Part shown: positions 1-12,967 of the stretch, one piece after another
How positions within the stretch are numbered: position 1 is the stretch's first letter
Layout: each line of letters begins with the position of its first letter
Assembly: GCA_964016885.1 (NCBI GenBank)
Contig: OZ024741.1
Span: 347,510,001 to 347,574,000 of the forward strand
Direction of reading: 5' to 3'
DNA: 64,000 nucleotides
DNA from: Eledone cirrhosa
Lineage: Eukaryota
Notes under the pieces: generated by a model
Seen by the model: the letters and a program-made list of their open reading frames with translations, nothing else
What the model was told of the DNA's origin: nothing
Databases searched by the model: none
Made by a program: the position numbers and the translations under genes

Positions 1-38
1 CTTATTCTTCCTCAATCGTCACTACAGCAGAGAGAAGA

Positions 39-2100
39 TTGTCTCTCTCCCTCCCTTCTCTAAATGTGTCTCTCTCCCTCCCTTCTCTTTCGCAAGCGAC
101 GCCAGAAAAGAAAAATCACGTGCAAAGCGAGCAAGATTTCTCCACGACGACAACGACGAAAAAGGTGTGCGGAAAATACGAAAACCCATTTTATTCGTCT
201 GACGTCAGGAATAATAGCAGTAGCAGCCGTAATAACAGCAGCAACAGTGACAAGAAAAACAACAGTAGCAGCCGCAACAGCACCAGCAGCAACATAAACA
301 ACAACAGCATTAGCAGCAACAACAACAGCAGCAGCAGCAACAACATCAACAACCACAGCAACAGCGGCGGCGGCAGTAGTCGTAGTACCTGCAGCAACAA
401 CAAAAGTAACAGCAGCTCTGACGACAACAACAACAACAACAGCAGCAAAGAAAAAACAATCTCGTTTGCAGGTATCGCAAAGAACCTGGAAACCATCCTC
501 ATAACAAATGAGGAATTAGAGGAAGCGAAGAAGATGGTGACAAAAACTGGACACCGAGCAATCTGCAAGGTAGCGGAAACATTTTTCGAAACCCAACAGC
601 ACTGTACGGTCACGTACCGTACAGTAAGTACAAAATCCCGTAGGGTTGAAAGAGCCACAGAGGCTCAAATACAAAAAGCCTTGGGGTATGTGTGGCAGCG
701 GAAAACGCACATCACCCGAGGCAAGAACTATGCCACCGTAGACGTACTTTTTGCCACACCCCAGGAGGCAAAGGCTCAATCCTTAGTGACCTTAAGGAGC
801 GAGGAAATGGTGTTGGTGCCCTGCTACTGCGGGCAAAAAATTGCGAGGGTCAAAATGACCCACGTCCCCCCCGGGATGGCCCCTTCTTGGCTGGCCTCGT
901 CTGTCCTCGTCGGAATCGAGGACAAAACAACTATACTGCAAGTACAGAAAAAACTAAGAGAAGATTGGGTCGGCACCTCCATTGAGATGTTAATCCAAAC
1001 CAACCAGGAGTGAATCGAAGCTATCCCGGATGTGATAGACTTCGATAGCGGCACTCAACTGCCCATAAGTGTTGAGGGCAAACGCCCGAAATGCTTTCGC
1101 TGTGGATCGAAGACTGACCTCAGGGCCTTCTGCAACGAAAAGACCCTGAGAAAGGAGAAAAAAAACACTCCTTCCGAAACCAGATCCACGGCTACCAGCA
1201 ACAGGACAAGCGGCAACCAGGAACGATAGGTCCGTGGCACCCATACCCACGCCAAGGAAATCAAAAACAGCAGCAGCAGTGGAAGTATTAACAACAACAA
1301 CAGCAATACCAAATACAGCTGCAACAGAGACACCAGTGCAAAGATCACCAACAACAACAAGTGAAAGAGTGGAGCTGGTACCCCTCCCCGACCTCACAGA
1401 ATCAGACATGGAGTGTGAGGTGGGAGAGGGGTGGCAAAAGGTCGTAAGAAGGCACAAACGCAGAAGCAGCGCATCGTTGCCTTCGAAAAGGGAGGAAAGA
1501 AATGAAAAATGGGTAAAGGCTACTGCAAAGAGACTCACAGCAGCAACACCACCAACACCATCACCACCCACACTAGCACCACCATCACCACCGGCGACAA
1601 CCCCACCGCCAACAACAATAACACCTTCAACACCACCACCACAACACCAACATCGCAAACACAACAACAAAACACACACACCCAGCAACAACGACAAGAA
1701 AATAGCAGAACCACACCCCACCCCCAGAAAAACAAATGCACGGCAATAAATACACACAACAAGAAACTAATGACTTACATAATTGAACACACAGACATTT
1801 CACAACACGACTACATAATACCAGCACCAATCAAAACGCCAACTAACATAAGACTGCTAAAAATAGCACAGAAACAGTACACAAACACTAAAACGAAATT
1901 CCCCAACGCAGTTGGTGATTTCAGAGAACTAGGAGGGACTCTCAATCGAAGAGTATATTCGGACATACTCATAGAAGAGCCGACGACCAGCCGAAGGGAC
2001 GATTCAACGGTCCCTTCAGCAGACGATCAAGTGAAAAGGGATGGAAAAACCATCCCTCCTCTACGAAAAGTACGGTAAGTGGTCTTTTCCATCTTTTCCA
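39..2100 (+). pseudogene. Tx1 copy 1 ORF1 (gag-like; Asn/Ser-rich N-terminus, zinc knuckle), interrupted
   Basis: ORFs 39-1013 and 1032-1229 are in the same frame, separated by one TGA; knuckle CFRCGSKTDLRAFC; further pieces 1234-1749 and 1509-2078 are frameshifted; homologous to ORF1 of copy 2 (SFAG/TFAG, REDW motifs). Confidence 0.75.
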
Positions 2101-2113
2101 CTCTATTTTAAAC

Positions 2114-5100
2114 ATGACCTCACTCAGAATAGGCAGCATAAATGCGCGTGGCTTGGGGTCGTCATGGATGCAGGGTCACCTGCTCAACGACCTCAGGTCA
2201 CTAAACATAGATGTAGTGGCCATCAGCGAGACAAGAATCTCCGAAGCACAGGCTTTCGCACCGATCTTCGGCGGCTACGATGTGTACGCATCTCCCAGCC
2301 GTCCGGGATCGGGGGGAGGATTTGCTGTGCTTTTTCGGAGAGGTTTGGATCTTGCCATACGGGCCATCTTCCTGGACCCAGAAGGTAAGTTGGTGGTGCT
2401 GGACGTGACCAGCGGAGACGGGCAAGCTTTCAGGTTAGTGGCCGTCTATGCCCCGACAGGAGCAGGGCGGCCTGATTTCTTCCGGCGTCTGGAGACCTTT
2501 CTTGGAACGTCCCGCTCTTTAGTGTTAGTGGGCGACTGGAACGGTATCTTAGATGCACGCTGGCACTGTGTGGGATTAGCGGATAGGGGTGGAGGATGCA
2601 ATAGCCTCACCAACCTGCTCAGGCGTTTTGAACTGTCTGACAGCTACCGATTGGATTTCCCGAATGTGCCAATGTGGACTTGTACAAATCGCATAAGGTC
2701 ATCCAGTTCATATCTAGATAGAGTATTTTGTAGGGAAATCGAAGGTCTAGCATAGGATGTCCACAATTCAAGATAGTCAGCTACACGGACCACAAATTCG
2801 TGATATGTGTGCTTGACTTAGATAGGCTTCATAGACAAGGACCCGGCTACTGGCAGCTAAACGCGTCCTTACCAACATGCAAGGCCTACAGAGACCGGAT
2901 TAGGGAAGTAGTTAAGCGGACGTTGACCGGGGCCATCGTCAACAACAAGTGGTGGTTTGCTCTGAAAAGAGCGATTAGAATAGAATCCATTAGGTTTAGT
3001 AAGGCTTTAGAAATAGAGAAAAATAGAGCAGAGGGAGAATTAGTTAGAAAATTAGACGAGGCGCTTAGCAATCGCATTGCGACCGACGTGCTTGCGGCGA
3101 AATTGGCCCTTGACCAATTCTTCAATGCAAAGCACGAAGGCTGCGTTGTCAGAGTTAGAGTGCGTGCTCTCAGATACGAGTGGACGAAAGCCGTTCAATG
3201 GGCCCGAGTGGCGGAGGCGCGTCGTGGCAACAAAGCCACGATCCGGTCTTTGGTGGACCACGACGGGCACATGCTACTCGATCCCGGGCAAATGTGTGAA
3301 GTTATTCAGCGACACTTCACTCAGCTGTTCGGGGGCAGCGGTGGGCCGGATCGAGGGATGGACTTTAGTGTATACGACGACGGACTGCCGCGGCTCTCGG
3401 CCACTGAGGCGGAGTGTTGCGAAAAGCCGATAAGGGAGGCAATGACTGACTGCACAAGGGGAAAATCGCCTGGTTTCGATGGTCTGCCCTATGAACATTA
3501 CGTACAAATGCCAGACATGTTCGGAGGCCTCTTGGCGGACGTCTACTGCAACTGGCAACAGAACGGGAGAATTCCCAGCTCTGTGAGCCGAGGAGGGGTG
3601 GCGCTGCTGAGAAAGGATCCGAACAAGGGGGATAACTTAGATCATTTTAGGCCCATAACTCTGCTAATCACAGAGTTCAAGATTTTGGCCAAGGTGCTAG
3701 CAAAGAGATTGGCGCTTGTCGTTGGTGGTCTGATGGGAGAGGAACATACATGCGCCATTCCTGACAGATCCATCCACGACAACCTCCACCTCATGCGATA
3801 CATCGTAGAGAGGGTAGCTAGGGAACCTGGCACGGGTGGGTCTTTGATCAATTTAGATCAGTCGAAAGCCTTCGATAGGGTCGACCATCGTTACCTAGCC
3901 GCAGTCCTGAGGGCGGCTGGATTTGGGCCCGTCTTCGGAGGCTGGATCGCTGTCATGCGCAGCGACATCTGCTATGTAGTGAGAGTAAACAGTGACCTTT
4001 CGGAACCGTTCAACATCATGCGTTCGGTCCGCCAAGGATGTCCCCTCTCGTCCCTATTGTACGTATTGACTCTCCTGCCATTACTGCACAAACCGGAGAC
4101 GTTGAGGGTCGTCCCGCGTGAACTAGGATGCGGAAGATCCGTGTCAGCTTTGCGGACGATTTCACCGTAGTGGTGTCGAACGCCAAACACATCGAGGCGA
4201 TCGTCATTACACTAAGTGAATACGAAGCGGTGACAGGAGTAATGATCAACCAGGAAATGTCAGTGGGCCTGCAGCTCGGCACCTGGAGAGGCAGGTCCAT
4301 GCCGTTCAACAGCGTCGTCGGGCGCTGGACGGACGGACCGGTTAAATTGCTAGGCGTCTGGTTCGGTCCGCATCTCCAGACGGACAAAATCTGGAAAGAG
4401 GTGACGAGCAGGGCGGCTTCTATCACCCAGAAATGGGCGCAGAGGAAGCTATCCCTGAAAGGTCGAGCGGAGGTGGCTAACGCGTTCATCGCGTCCGTCA
4501 TCTACTACCGCCTGACCGTCGTACCTCGTCCTAAGCCCCGCCTAACTGCGTTGAAGCGTTTGCTCTTTCGCTTTTTGTGGAAGGAACGCGCTCCGATGGT
4601 CAGGCCGTCCATCTGCTGTCAACACCCGCTACGTGGAGGGCTTGGCTTGCCGTGGCTGATGATGCGCAGATACGCGCTCAGTAAAGACATCTCCACCTCT
4701 TCCACGGCGGTGATCAGGTATGGTCGCCGTTTGTTAGACACGTCTTTCCCCAGCTCGTCTCCTTGACGGAGCTGCAGTCCTGGGTCAAGCGAAGACCGAG
4801 AGGGAGCGCTTGGAGACTGGAATGTCTTCAGGCGCTCACAGCCCTCGACCAATCGGGCAATATGAACGGTGGAAACTCCACCTTGGCGTTCTATAGATGA
4901 TTAGTGGAGGGGAAGAGCGACGACGTTCTTGTAGAAACTCTAGGCGTCGACGAAAATCAACTAGCCAATCTCTTCGGAAGGACGTTCGGCCCGGGGCTAG
5001 TACAACTTCCAGAAATCCCTGGCCTGGCAGTGCTTCCGAGGAGCTTTGCCAGTTCGGGATAAACTCTACAGGCATGGAGGTGCCGTCAGCTGGGCATGTC

Positions 5101-5512
5101 CGACAGCGCGCAAGACAACGAAACCGTCATGCACGCACTCGTCCAGTGTCCGGACATTGCTGACTTGTGGGTTTATGTCGAACACCTGCTCTCACGTATA
5201 GGACGGATCCAGCTATCAGCTGAGTCCATCGTGAGGATTTCCCCGCCCTCTTCCTCTAGCCGGGAAGGGCAGGCAGTTTTTATCTGTCTGGTGGCCATGG
5301 CGAAAGAGATAGTATGGTGGACACGTTTGAAAGGGCTGAAGACGAGCACTTACCTTTTCGGTGATGCCCTGATTAACTTTTTCAAATTTCATTTGAAAAG
5401 GAAAATCAGGGTAGAGAGGGAAGTGCTCTCTTCCCAACATTTTGTTGAAAGATGGGTGAGAGAAGCAAGTATGGCCCGAGTGAATGGGCCTACTCTGAGT
5501 ATGTGTCTGTAA
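2114..5512 (+). pseudogene. Tx1 copy 1 ORF2 (APE endonuclease - reverse transcriptase - zinc finger), frameshifted
   Basis: MTSLRIGSINARGL, SETR, VYAP, GDWN, YLDR (APE); KSPGFDGLP, FRPITLL, DQSKAFDRVDH, RQGCPLS, FADD (RT); ETVMHALVQC near the C-terminus; split over ORFs 2114-2755, 2800-4170, 4128-4766, 5096-5512. Confidence 0.92.
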
Positions 5513-5979
5513 ATTAAAGGTGGAAAACTGGGAGAGGGCACTTGCCCTGGTGGTCAGGGTCACTGTGGCCTTTTAATGGGCTTTCTCCACAAATGTGCCT
5601 CGGACTCTACCCCCTATTGGGGAATTTTTCATTGTTATTTTTTTTATTACATCTGTTTTTTTACACGCAGAAATGCCCATTTGTACCGTCCTGTATTGTC
5701 CTGTACTGTCCTTAATGTCTACTTTATGTAAACCCTTGTGGTTAATAAAGAAAGCATTATTATTATTATTATTATTATTGGTTTAAGCGGACGTATTTTG
5801 CTCGCTCACAGTAAATCGCTTTATTTGCATGTTTAAATTATTTGTTGTTAAATATTTCTTGTTGTGTAAAGGATATAAGCCATTAGACTTTGACCCGTGA
5901 AGGGAATGTATAATATTTGGGCCTTTTGGCCCAAATATTTGAACTTTTTTTACATGTTAAAAAATTCACGAAGAAAAAA

Positions 5980-7967
5980 ATGATGGCTGAGCCACGCGCC
6001 CCAGCGATATGTCGGCTGTCGTGCGACAACGACGTAGAAGTTGAGACGAGCGCTACAGCGAAATTAACACACATTGATAACACAAACACCCCCACAAACA
6101 AGGTAAACAAAGACACCATTGATACCAATAAGAACTCTACTTTGAAAAAAAATGACACTAACAGCGACAATAAAAATACAGATACCAAAAAAAACCAAAC
6201 AAATACAGCAACAATATCAACACCACTAACATGAAAACAAATAGCGACAACACCAACAGCAACAATACCAACTGCACTGAGAACAACGGTGGCAGCAAAG
6301 ACAACAATGATAACAGCGACAGTGCTAACAACAACACCAACAAGAACAACGATAACAAAACCCCCAACGAAAAGAAGACCACTTTCGCTGGGGCAGCAGC
6401 AAAAAAGAGGCCATGCTTCAACATGGACCTATCAAACAAAGATGAAAAGTTGGCCCAGGCATGGAAGCTCATCAACCAAACTTGGGCCAACTTAACTGTC
6501 CCGGTACAAGCTATTGAGGCAGTGGAGCGCAAAACGGTGCATTATAGATGCATCTCAGCACAAACCAAAAGGGCAGCGTTAATCCCACAAGAAGATATTG
6601 AAGTCGCGCTGAGGTGCATCAGAGAAGACAGACAGTACATAGAGAGGGGCAGACAGTACGGTACCGTTTCGGTGTTGTTCAAGTCAGAAGCCCTCGCGAT
6701 GAAACACGCCATGACTCCTTGCAAAACCAGCAAGGTCATAATGTACCCCTCCCACATGGGAAAAAGAACGGCCCGTCTCCGCATTCCCAGAATCCCACCA
6801 GGACTTGACATGTGGTGGCTTCTGGGATGTGTGATTGTGGAGGGGACGGATACAGTCCCTATAGAAGTGACCAGAACGGCCAGAGAGGACTGGTCCGGGG
6901 TTGACCTGGGGATCCTTCTCCAGATCAGGCCCGAGAATGTGAAGACAATCCCAGACCACATGCGCCTTCAGAATGGGACTGTCATTCACATTATGACCGA
7001 AGGCTAAAGGCCGCAGTGTTTTGTTTGTGGGGAAAAAAACAATTTGTGAGCCTTCTGCCCTCAACTGCTGAAAGAGGCAAGGGATCGAAAAGCTCCACTG
7101 TTGCCGACGCCGGGGCGAGGACCACACCGAACACCTGCACCGGCAAACCCACCAACAACAACACCAATAGAAAGACCACCACTAACATTGACCACCCAGG
7201 GGGGAAACGAGGAAAGCTGTCAAATTCCCCCTCCCCCCCAAAATACACACACCAATAAAACCTTAAACATACAGATACACTTGCAGACACAGACCCCTCA
7301 TCTACCAGTAGTGAAAATGAGGGAAAACCCAAATCCCCCAAAATAAAAAAGGAAAACACAAAAAGAAAAAAAAACTCAACAAAGCACAAAAGCACCCACA
7401 ATTAAAAACACAGACACCACCCACGCAAACATCTCTCCAATAACACCAACAATCAACACCACCATCACCATCACCAGAATCCCCCAAACGCAAAAAACCG
7501 AAACAGACGCAAGAACAAATATACACACAAACATGTGAAACCACACACACCGCATTCACAACAAACACAGATACAACCGAAACAACACCACAAAAATCAT
7601 CACCACCACAGCCACGCAAACAAATAAAATCACACCAACAAAACATACAAACTTCGTGCTCGTCAGGAGGGCCAACAAGGAACTAATGGGCCTCGTAGCA
7701 CGAAGTGAAAATATACAAAAAGAGGGGGAAATCTTTTAATCGAGCACATTTCGCGTGCCTGAAGATTTGGTTCTGGTGCGAATGTCGCTCGATATATTCA
7801 AAGAAATACGAGACAGCTTTCCTCGGGACGTGGGAACCCCGAACGTAAAACCCACTTCAAGACTTTTAAAGAGGTTCCCAAAAGAAACCCCACTAACTAT
7901 GGAGGTCGAACAACCCACCTTCACTAGAGCCCGGAAGGTAAGTAAACCTCCCTCTCTCTCTGTTTAA
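5980..7967 (+). pseudogene. Tx1 copy 2 ORF1, frameshifted
   Basis: ORFs 5917-6234, 6231-7007, 7755-7967; Asn-rich N-terminus, TTFAGAAA, REDWSG, knuckle remnant PQCFVCGEK at ~7011-7040. Confidence 0.72.
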
Positions 7968-7976
7968 CCTGCCAAC

Positions 7977-10900
7977 ATGGCCGTATTAAGAGTAGGATGT
8001 TTAAATGTTCGAGGCCTGGGATCGTCCTGGAAGCAGGGTCACCTGATCAACGACCTCAGGTCTATAGAAATGGACGTAATTGCAGTCAGCGAGACCAGGA
8101 TTTCCGATACGCGCGCACTAGCCCCTATTTTCGACGACTACAGATCTTTACATCTGTTAGCCGGCCGGGAATGGGAGGCGGGGTGGCAGTGCTGTTTAGG
8201 AAAGGCCTGGATCTCGAGGTAAGGTCAATCTTCCGGGACCCGGACGGGAAGTTGGTGGTCCTTGACGTGAACAATAATGAAGGTGGTGCCTTTAGACCGG
8301 TGGCCGTCTATGCTCCTACTGGGGCAGGACGGCCGGTTTCTTTAGACGCCTGGAAGCCTTTCTGGGTACGTCTCGCCCTTTACTGTTAGCGGGGGACTGG
8401 AACGGCATCTTAGACGCAAGCTGGGACTGTGTAGGAGTATTCGGTAGTGCGGGGTGTAAAAGCCTCAAGAACCTGATCAGCCAGTTCCAAGTGTCTGACA
8501 GGTACCGACTAGATTTCCCTAATGCGCCAGTGTGGACCTGGGCTAACCGCATAGAGTCATCTAGATCGTATATAGACAGGATATTCATTAGGAAAATAGA
8601 CAGAAATAGTGTAAGCTGTCCACGTTTTGAAACGGTCGCCTATTCATCTCACAATTTTGTCGATCTAGATAAGACGCTTAGGTTAGGACCTGGTTACTGG
8701 AAGCTAAACATGTCATTTCCGGCACATAAGGCTTACAGGGACCAGTTCAAACTTTTAGTTAAGAAAAAGTTGACAGGGGGAGTCGTCAACAATAGATGGT
8801 CGGGGGCTCTCAAAAGAGAGATTAGAGTAAGTCTATAGAGTTTAGCAAAGAAGTAGCATTAGAGAAAAATAGAAAGGAGGGCGAGTTGGTAGATAAGTTA
8901 GACGAGGCTATTGGTAATGGCATTGCAACTGATGTGCTAGCGGCGAGAATGGCATTAGACCATTTCTTCAATGCGAAACACGAAGGTTGCATTGTCAGAG
9001 CTAAGGCGCGTGCTCTGAGAAACGAGGGAACCAAAGCTGTTCGATGGGCCCGCGTGGCTGAGGCGCAGCGTGGTAATAAAACCACGATTCGGTTTTTGAC
9101 GGACCGAGACGGGCACGAGCTGAACGATTCCAAGAGGATGTGTGAGGCCTTTCGCCAACATTTTGCTCGGTTGTTCGGGGGAAGTGGCGGGTCAGAGATG
9201 GTGGCGGACTTCAGTTCCTACTTCGATGGCCGCAACTCTCGACGGCTGACGCTGGGCGCGGCGAAAGACCAATTACTTCAGCCGAGATTCAGGATGCCCT
9301 TGTAGGATGCATGAGGCGCAAGTCACCCGGTTTGGATGGTCTGCCCTACGAGCTTTACGTAAATATGCCCGACTTGTTCTCCAATCTCCTCGAAGCCCTC
9401 TACTGCAACTGGCAGCAAAACGGGAGTATTCCCAGTTCTGTGAGCCGGGGCGTAGTGACGCTGATAAGGAAAGACGAGAACAAGAGGTACACATTAGACA
9501 ATTTCAGGCCCATAACTCTGCTCAACACAGAGTTTAAGATTTTGGCCAGGGTGTAAGCGAAGAGGTTGTCGCTTGTCGTCGGGTATTTGGTTGGGGAGGC
9601 GCAAACTTGCGCAATCCCAACCAGGTCTATACACGACAACCTCCATCTAATACGATACATCATAGAGAGGGTAGGGTGTAAACCTGGGGCTCTGATCAAT
9701 TTAGATCAATCGAAAGCATTCGATAGAGTCGACCATCGGTACCTGGATCCTGTCCTCAAGGCGGCTGTCTTCGGTCCCGTCTTCAGAAGCAGGATCGCTG
9801 CAATACACAGCGGCACCTGATCGATGGTCAAAATTAATGGCCACCTCTCGGAACCGTTTCAGGCTCCCGATCGGTCTGTCAAGGGTGCCTTCTCTCCTCT
9901 CTTCTGTACGTATTGACTCTCGAGCCTTTACTGCGGAAGCTGGAGCTGTTGCAGGGCATCCCGCTCGAACAGGGACGCGGAAAGGCCGTGTCGGCTTATG
10001 CGGACGACATCACCGTGATGGTGTCGGACACCTCAGAAATCGAGGTTGTCGGCAACTTATTGGAGGAATATGAAAGGTTGACGGGAGCAAAACTTAACCC
10101 GGAAAAGACAGTAGGCTTGCAACTCGGCACCTGGAGAGGCAAGTCCATGCCGTCCAACAGCGTCATTAGGCGCCGGACGGACGGACCGGTAAAGTTGCTA
10201 GGGGTTTGGTTCGGGCCAGACCTACAGGTGGATAAGAATTGGGACGAGGTGACGGGCAGGGTAGTCAGTCTCACCCAGAAATGGGCTGGGATGAAGCTAT
10301 CACTGAAAGGTCGGGCGGAGGTGGCGAACGCGTACATCGCGTCCGTCATCTACTACCGTCTGACTGTCGCTCCCTGCCCCCGTCCGCGCCTCGCCATCTT
10401 GGAGCGGCTCCTCTTCAAGTTCTTGTGGAGGGGTCAGGTTCCGCTGGAGAGGCGGTCCATCTTCTGCCAGCACCCTCTACGGGGAGGGCTGGGCATGCCG
10501 TGGCTAATGATGCGCAGGCACGCGCTGAAGCTGCGGCACCTCCAGATATTCTGCCTAAACGGTGAACAGGTGTGGTCGCCGTTTGTCGGATGGGCTTTTC
10601 CGCAGCTCGTTTCTTTGACTGAGTTGCAGTCGTGGGTCAAGAAGAGACCGAGAATGGGTGACCGGCATCTGGAATGGTGCCAGGCACTCACTGCCCTCTA
10701 CCAGGCGGGCAATGCGGTCAGTGGAACTTCCCCCAAGCGAGTTCTATAGAGGATTAGTGGTGGGCAACTGCGACGACGCATTCGGAGAGGCTCTGGGAGT
10801 CAACGAAGTCGAACTAACCAGTCTGTACCGGAGGACTTTCGAACCGGGGACGATGGATAATTTCGGGGGGCACTGCCGGTTCTAGATAAACTCTACAGGC

Positions 10901-11338
10901 ATGGAAGTGCTGTCAGACGGACCTGCCCGAGATGCGTGCAGAGCGACGAAACCGTTCTACACGCACTCGTCCAGTGTCCGTGCATTACTGACTTGTGGAG
11001 TTACGTTGAACAGCTGTTGTCACGTGTAGAACGGATCCGGATATCGTGAAGTCCATAGTGAAGATCGACCCACCGCCTTCTTTTGGCCAGGAAGGGCAGG
11101 CAATTTTCCTCTGTCTGGTGGCAGTAGCGAAAGAGGTTGTATGGTGGACGAGGTTGAAAGGACTGAAGACAGACACTTTTCTCTTCGGCCAGTCCCTCAT
11201 CAACTTTTTGAAGTTTCACTTGGGAAGGAAGGTGAGTGTGGAGAGAGAAGTGCTGCCCCCCAGTACATTTGCTGAAGGTGGGTGAATGTGGCGAGAATGG
11301 CCCATGTGAGTGGGCCTACTCTGGTCATGCGGCTGTAG
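7977..11338 (+). pseudogene. Tx1 copy 2 ORF2 (APE-RT-zinc finger), multiply disrupted
   Basis: MAVLRVGCLNVRGL, SETR, KSPGLDGLP, NFRPITLLNTEFKILA, DQSKAFDRVDH, AYADDIT; many stops and frameshifts. Confidence 0.92.
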
Positions 11339-11632
11339 GTAGGTAAATTTGAAGAGGAGAGGGGTGCCCTTCCAGGGTAATCTCGCATCGTCGGGTCGTT
11401 CAGGATTGGTGGGGTCCCTGAGCGAACCCTAGGTGGTCATCCCCCCTATTGGGGAATATTTTTCTTGTTGTAATTTTATTGTTACTTTATTGTTACTTTG
11501 TTATTGTTACTTTGTTTATTCATATTGTTTACTCGATTCTTCTGTAAAACCCCACTGGCCCAGTCTTTTTATTGTCCCCTATATGTCGGCCCTTGTGGCC
11601 AATACATGAAATCACTATTATTATTATTATTT

Positions 11633-11690
11633 CAGTAATGCACTTGAATATTTGCTGGCCTTGTGCCAAAAATAGAAACAATTATTATTA
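11633..11690 (+). mobile_element. tRNA-SINE family 1, 3' fragment, directly after the Tx1 copy 2 tail
   Basis: cagtaatgcact...tgctggccttgtgccaaaaatagaaacaattattatt matches the 3' end of the SINE at 45974-46160. Confidence 0.7.
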
Positions 11691-12382
11691 ATATTAATAA
11701 TTATAATAATCTCACGAAATGTTGATGTTGGCCAAAACATTTCTTATTGTTCTAAATAGTTAATGAAATTGCTTTGTGTCGTTTATTTCTGTCAATTGTC
11801 CTAACGTTTTCTTTTATTTTCTTGTCATTATAGTGTTTTTAAACAATATTTTGTGAACTCTATTAACCGTTCAAAAGTACAATAGACGTCTGTATCAGTT
11901 TGCATATCTTTTTAAGATTCTACCGTTCTTTTTTCCTGTGTTTATTTTTATTGATTTACCGGTTCAAGTTCAAAGGTTTCTCGCTTGATAAACATACTGC
12001 TGAACCAAGAACGCTTGCACCTGGTCCAAAACACTAGAGCCTTTTAATTTAAAGATTCAACATTGTATCCACAACAAAACGATATAATAACAACTATGAT
12101 AAAATAGAATCAAAGAAATATGTACATTGTTGATGTTGCCGGTTGTTTTCTTATGTTTTCCTTTATAATTCTTGGGCGTGGTTATATGAATAGCATGAAC
12201 AACATGGTCGTCATTTTCCTTTTTTCAACCATCTCTCCCTGAATATAATCATCAATAATTTGCATCACCATATTTGAAATCATCATCATCGTTTTCTATT
12301 CGATATCGTGTAAATTATTTCCCTCCTATTCATCTTCATCATAACTTTCTGAGAAACATCCAACATCATCTATCTGACTGGC

Positions 12383-12490
12383 CACTATTACTACTACTAC
12401 TACTACTACCATCACCACCATCACCACCACTACTGCTACGACTACTACTACTACTACTACTGCTACTGCTGCTGAACTGCTGCTGTTACT
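12383..12490. repeat. (CTA)n/(CCA)n/(CTG)n compound microsatellite
   Basis: Direct inspection. Confidence 0.9.
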
Positions 12491-12580
12491 TCTGTTACCT
12501 CTGTTTTGCTCCGTTATAAACCAATATTTACTTTGACATTTCATATTGTCTTGACCTTAGTAATATTAATGGTACTGTAT

Positions 12581-12738
12581 ATAATAATTGTTTCTACTTT
12601 TGGCACTAGCCCAGCAATTAACCAGTACATTACTGGTACTTTATTTTATCGACCCTGTAAGGATGAAAGGCAAAGTTGACCTCGGCGGGATTTGAACTCA
12701 GAATGGAAAGGGCCGTAATTCGATACTGCCAATCCACC
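12581..12738 (-). mobile_element. tRNA-SINE family 1 copy
   Basis: Reverse complement of the B box (gggatttgaactc) and the conserved body tactggtactttattttatcgacc...gatgaaaggcaaagttgacctcggc. Confidence 0.85.
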
Positions 12739-12827
12739 TCCCTGTATATAATAATAATGGTTCCTACTAAATCTATGCCTTCTGTTTGAGTTAGGAAGCA
12801 GGACATTATAATATTATTACTTGCAGA

Positions 12828-12967
12828 GTTACGGCTCTTTATGGTCTGAGTTCAAATCCCGCCAAGGTTAACTTTGCCTTTCATCCTTACGGGGTCAATA
12901 AAATAAAGCACCAGTAATACACTGGGATAATTGCTGGCCTCGTGCTAAAAGTAGAAACAATTATTAC
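12828..12967 (+). mobile_element. tRNA-SINE family 1 copy (5' truncated)
   Basis: gagttcaaatcccgcc B box, conserved body, gtagaaacaattatt end. Confidence 0.85.

Larger units (their letters stand above)
1..5779 (+). mobile_element. Tx1-like (L1-group) non-LTR retrotransposon, copy 1, near full length, decayed; (TTA)n tail
   Basis: ORF1 with zinc-knuckle-like CFRCGSKTDLRAFC, ORF2 with APE endonuclease, RT and C-terminal Cys/His motif; 3' UTR 5513-5755 then (TTA)n 5756-5779. True 5' end may lie left of the window. Confidence 0.9.
5780..11630 (+). mobile_element. Tx1-like non-LTR retrotransposon, copy 2 (distinct subfamily), near full length, decayed; (TTA)n tail
   Basis: Begins immediately after the TTA tail of copy 1; ORF1 from ~5980, ORF2 ATG 7977, 3' UTR diverged from copy 1, tail cactattattattattatt ~11613-11631. 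Confidence 0.9.

Noticed and set aside
180-204. ENPFYSSD in Tx1 ORF1 resembling NSPFYNPSD in the Penelope ORF
   Set aside because: Too short, in low-complexity context; likely coincidence.
60-1830. Long minus-strand Leu/Val-rich ORFs (also 34290-35612)
   Set aside because: Antisense shadows of CAA-rich low-complexity coding sequence.
5774-5782. TTATTGGT after three tails (5774, 45969, 49414) as a specific target motif
   Set aside because: Two other tails lack it, and the GGT belongs to the downstream element in at least two cases.
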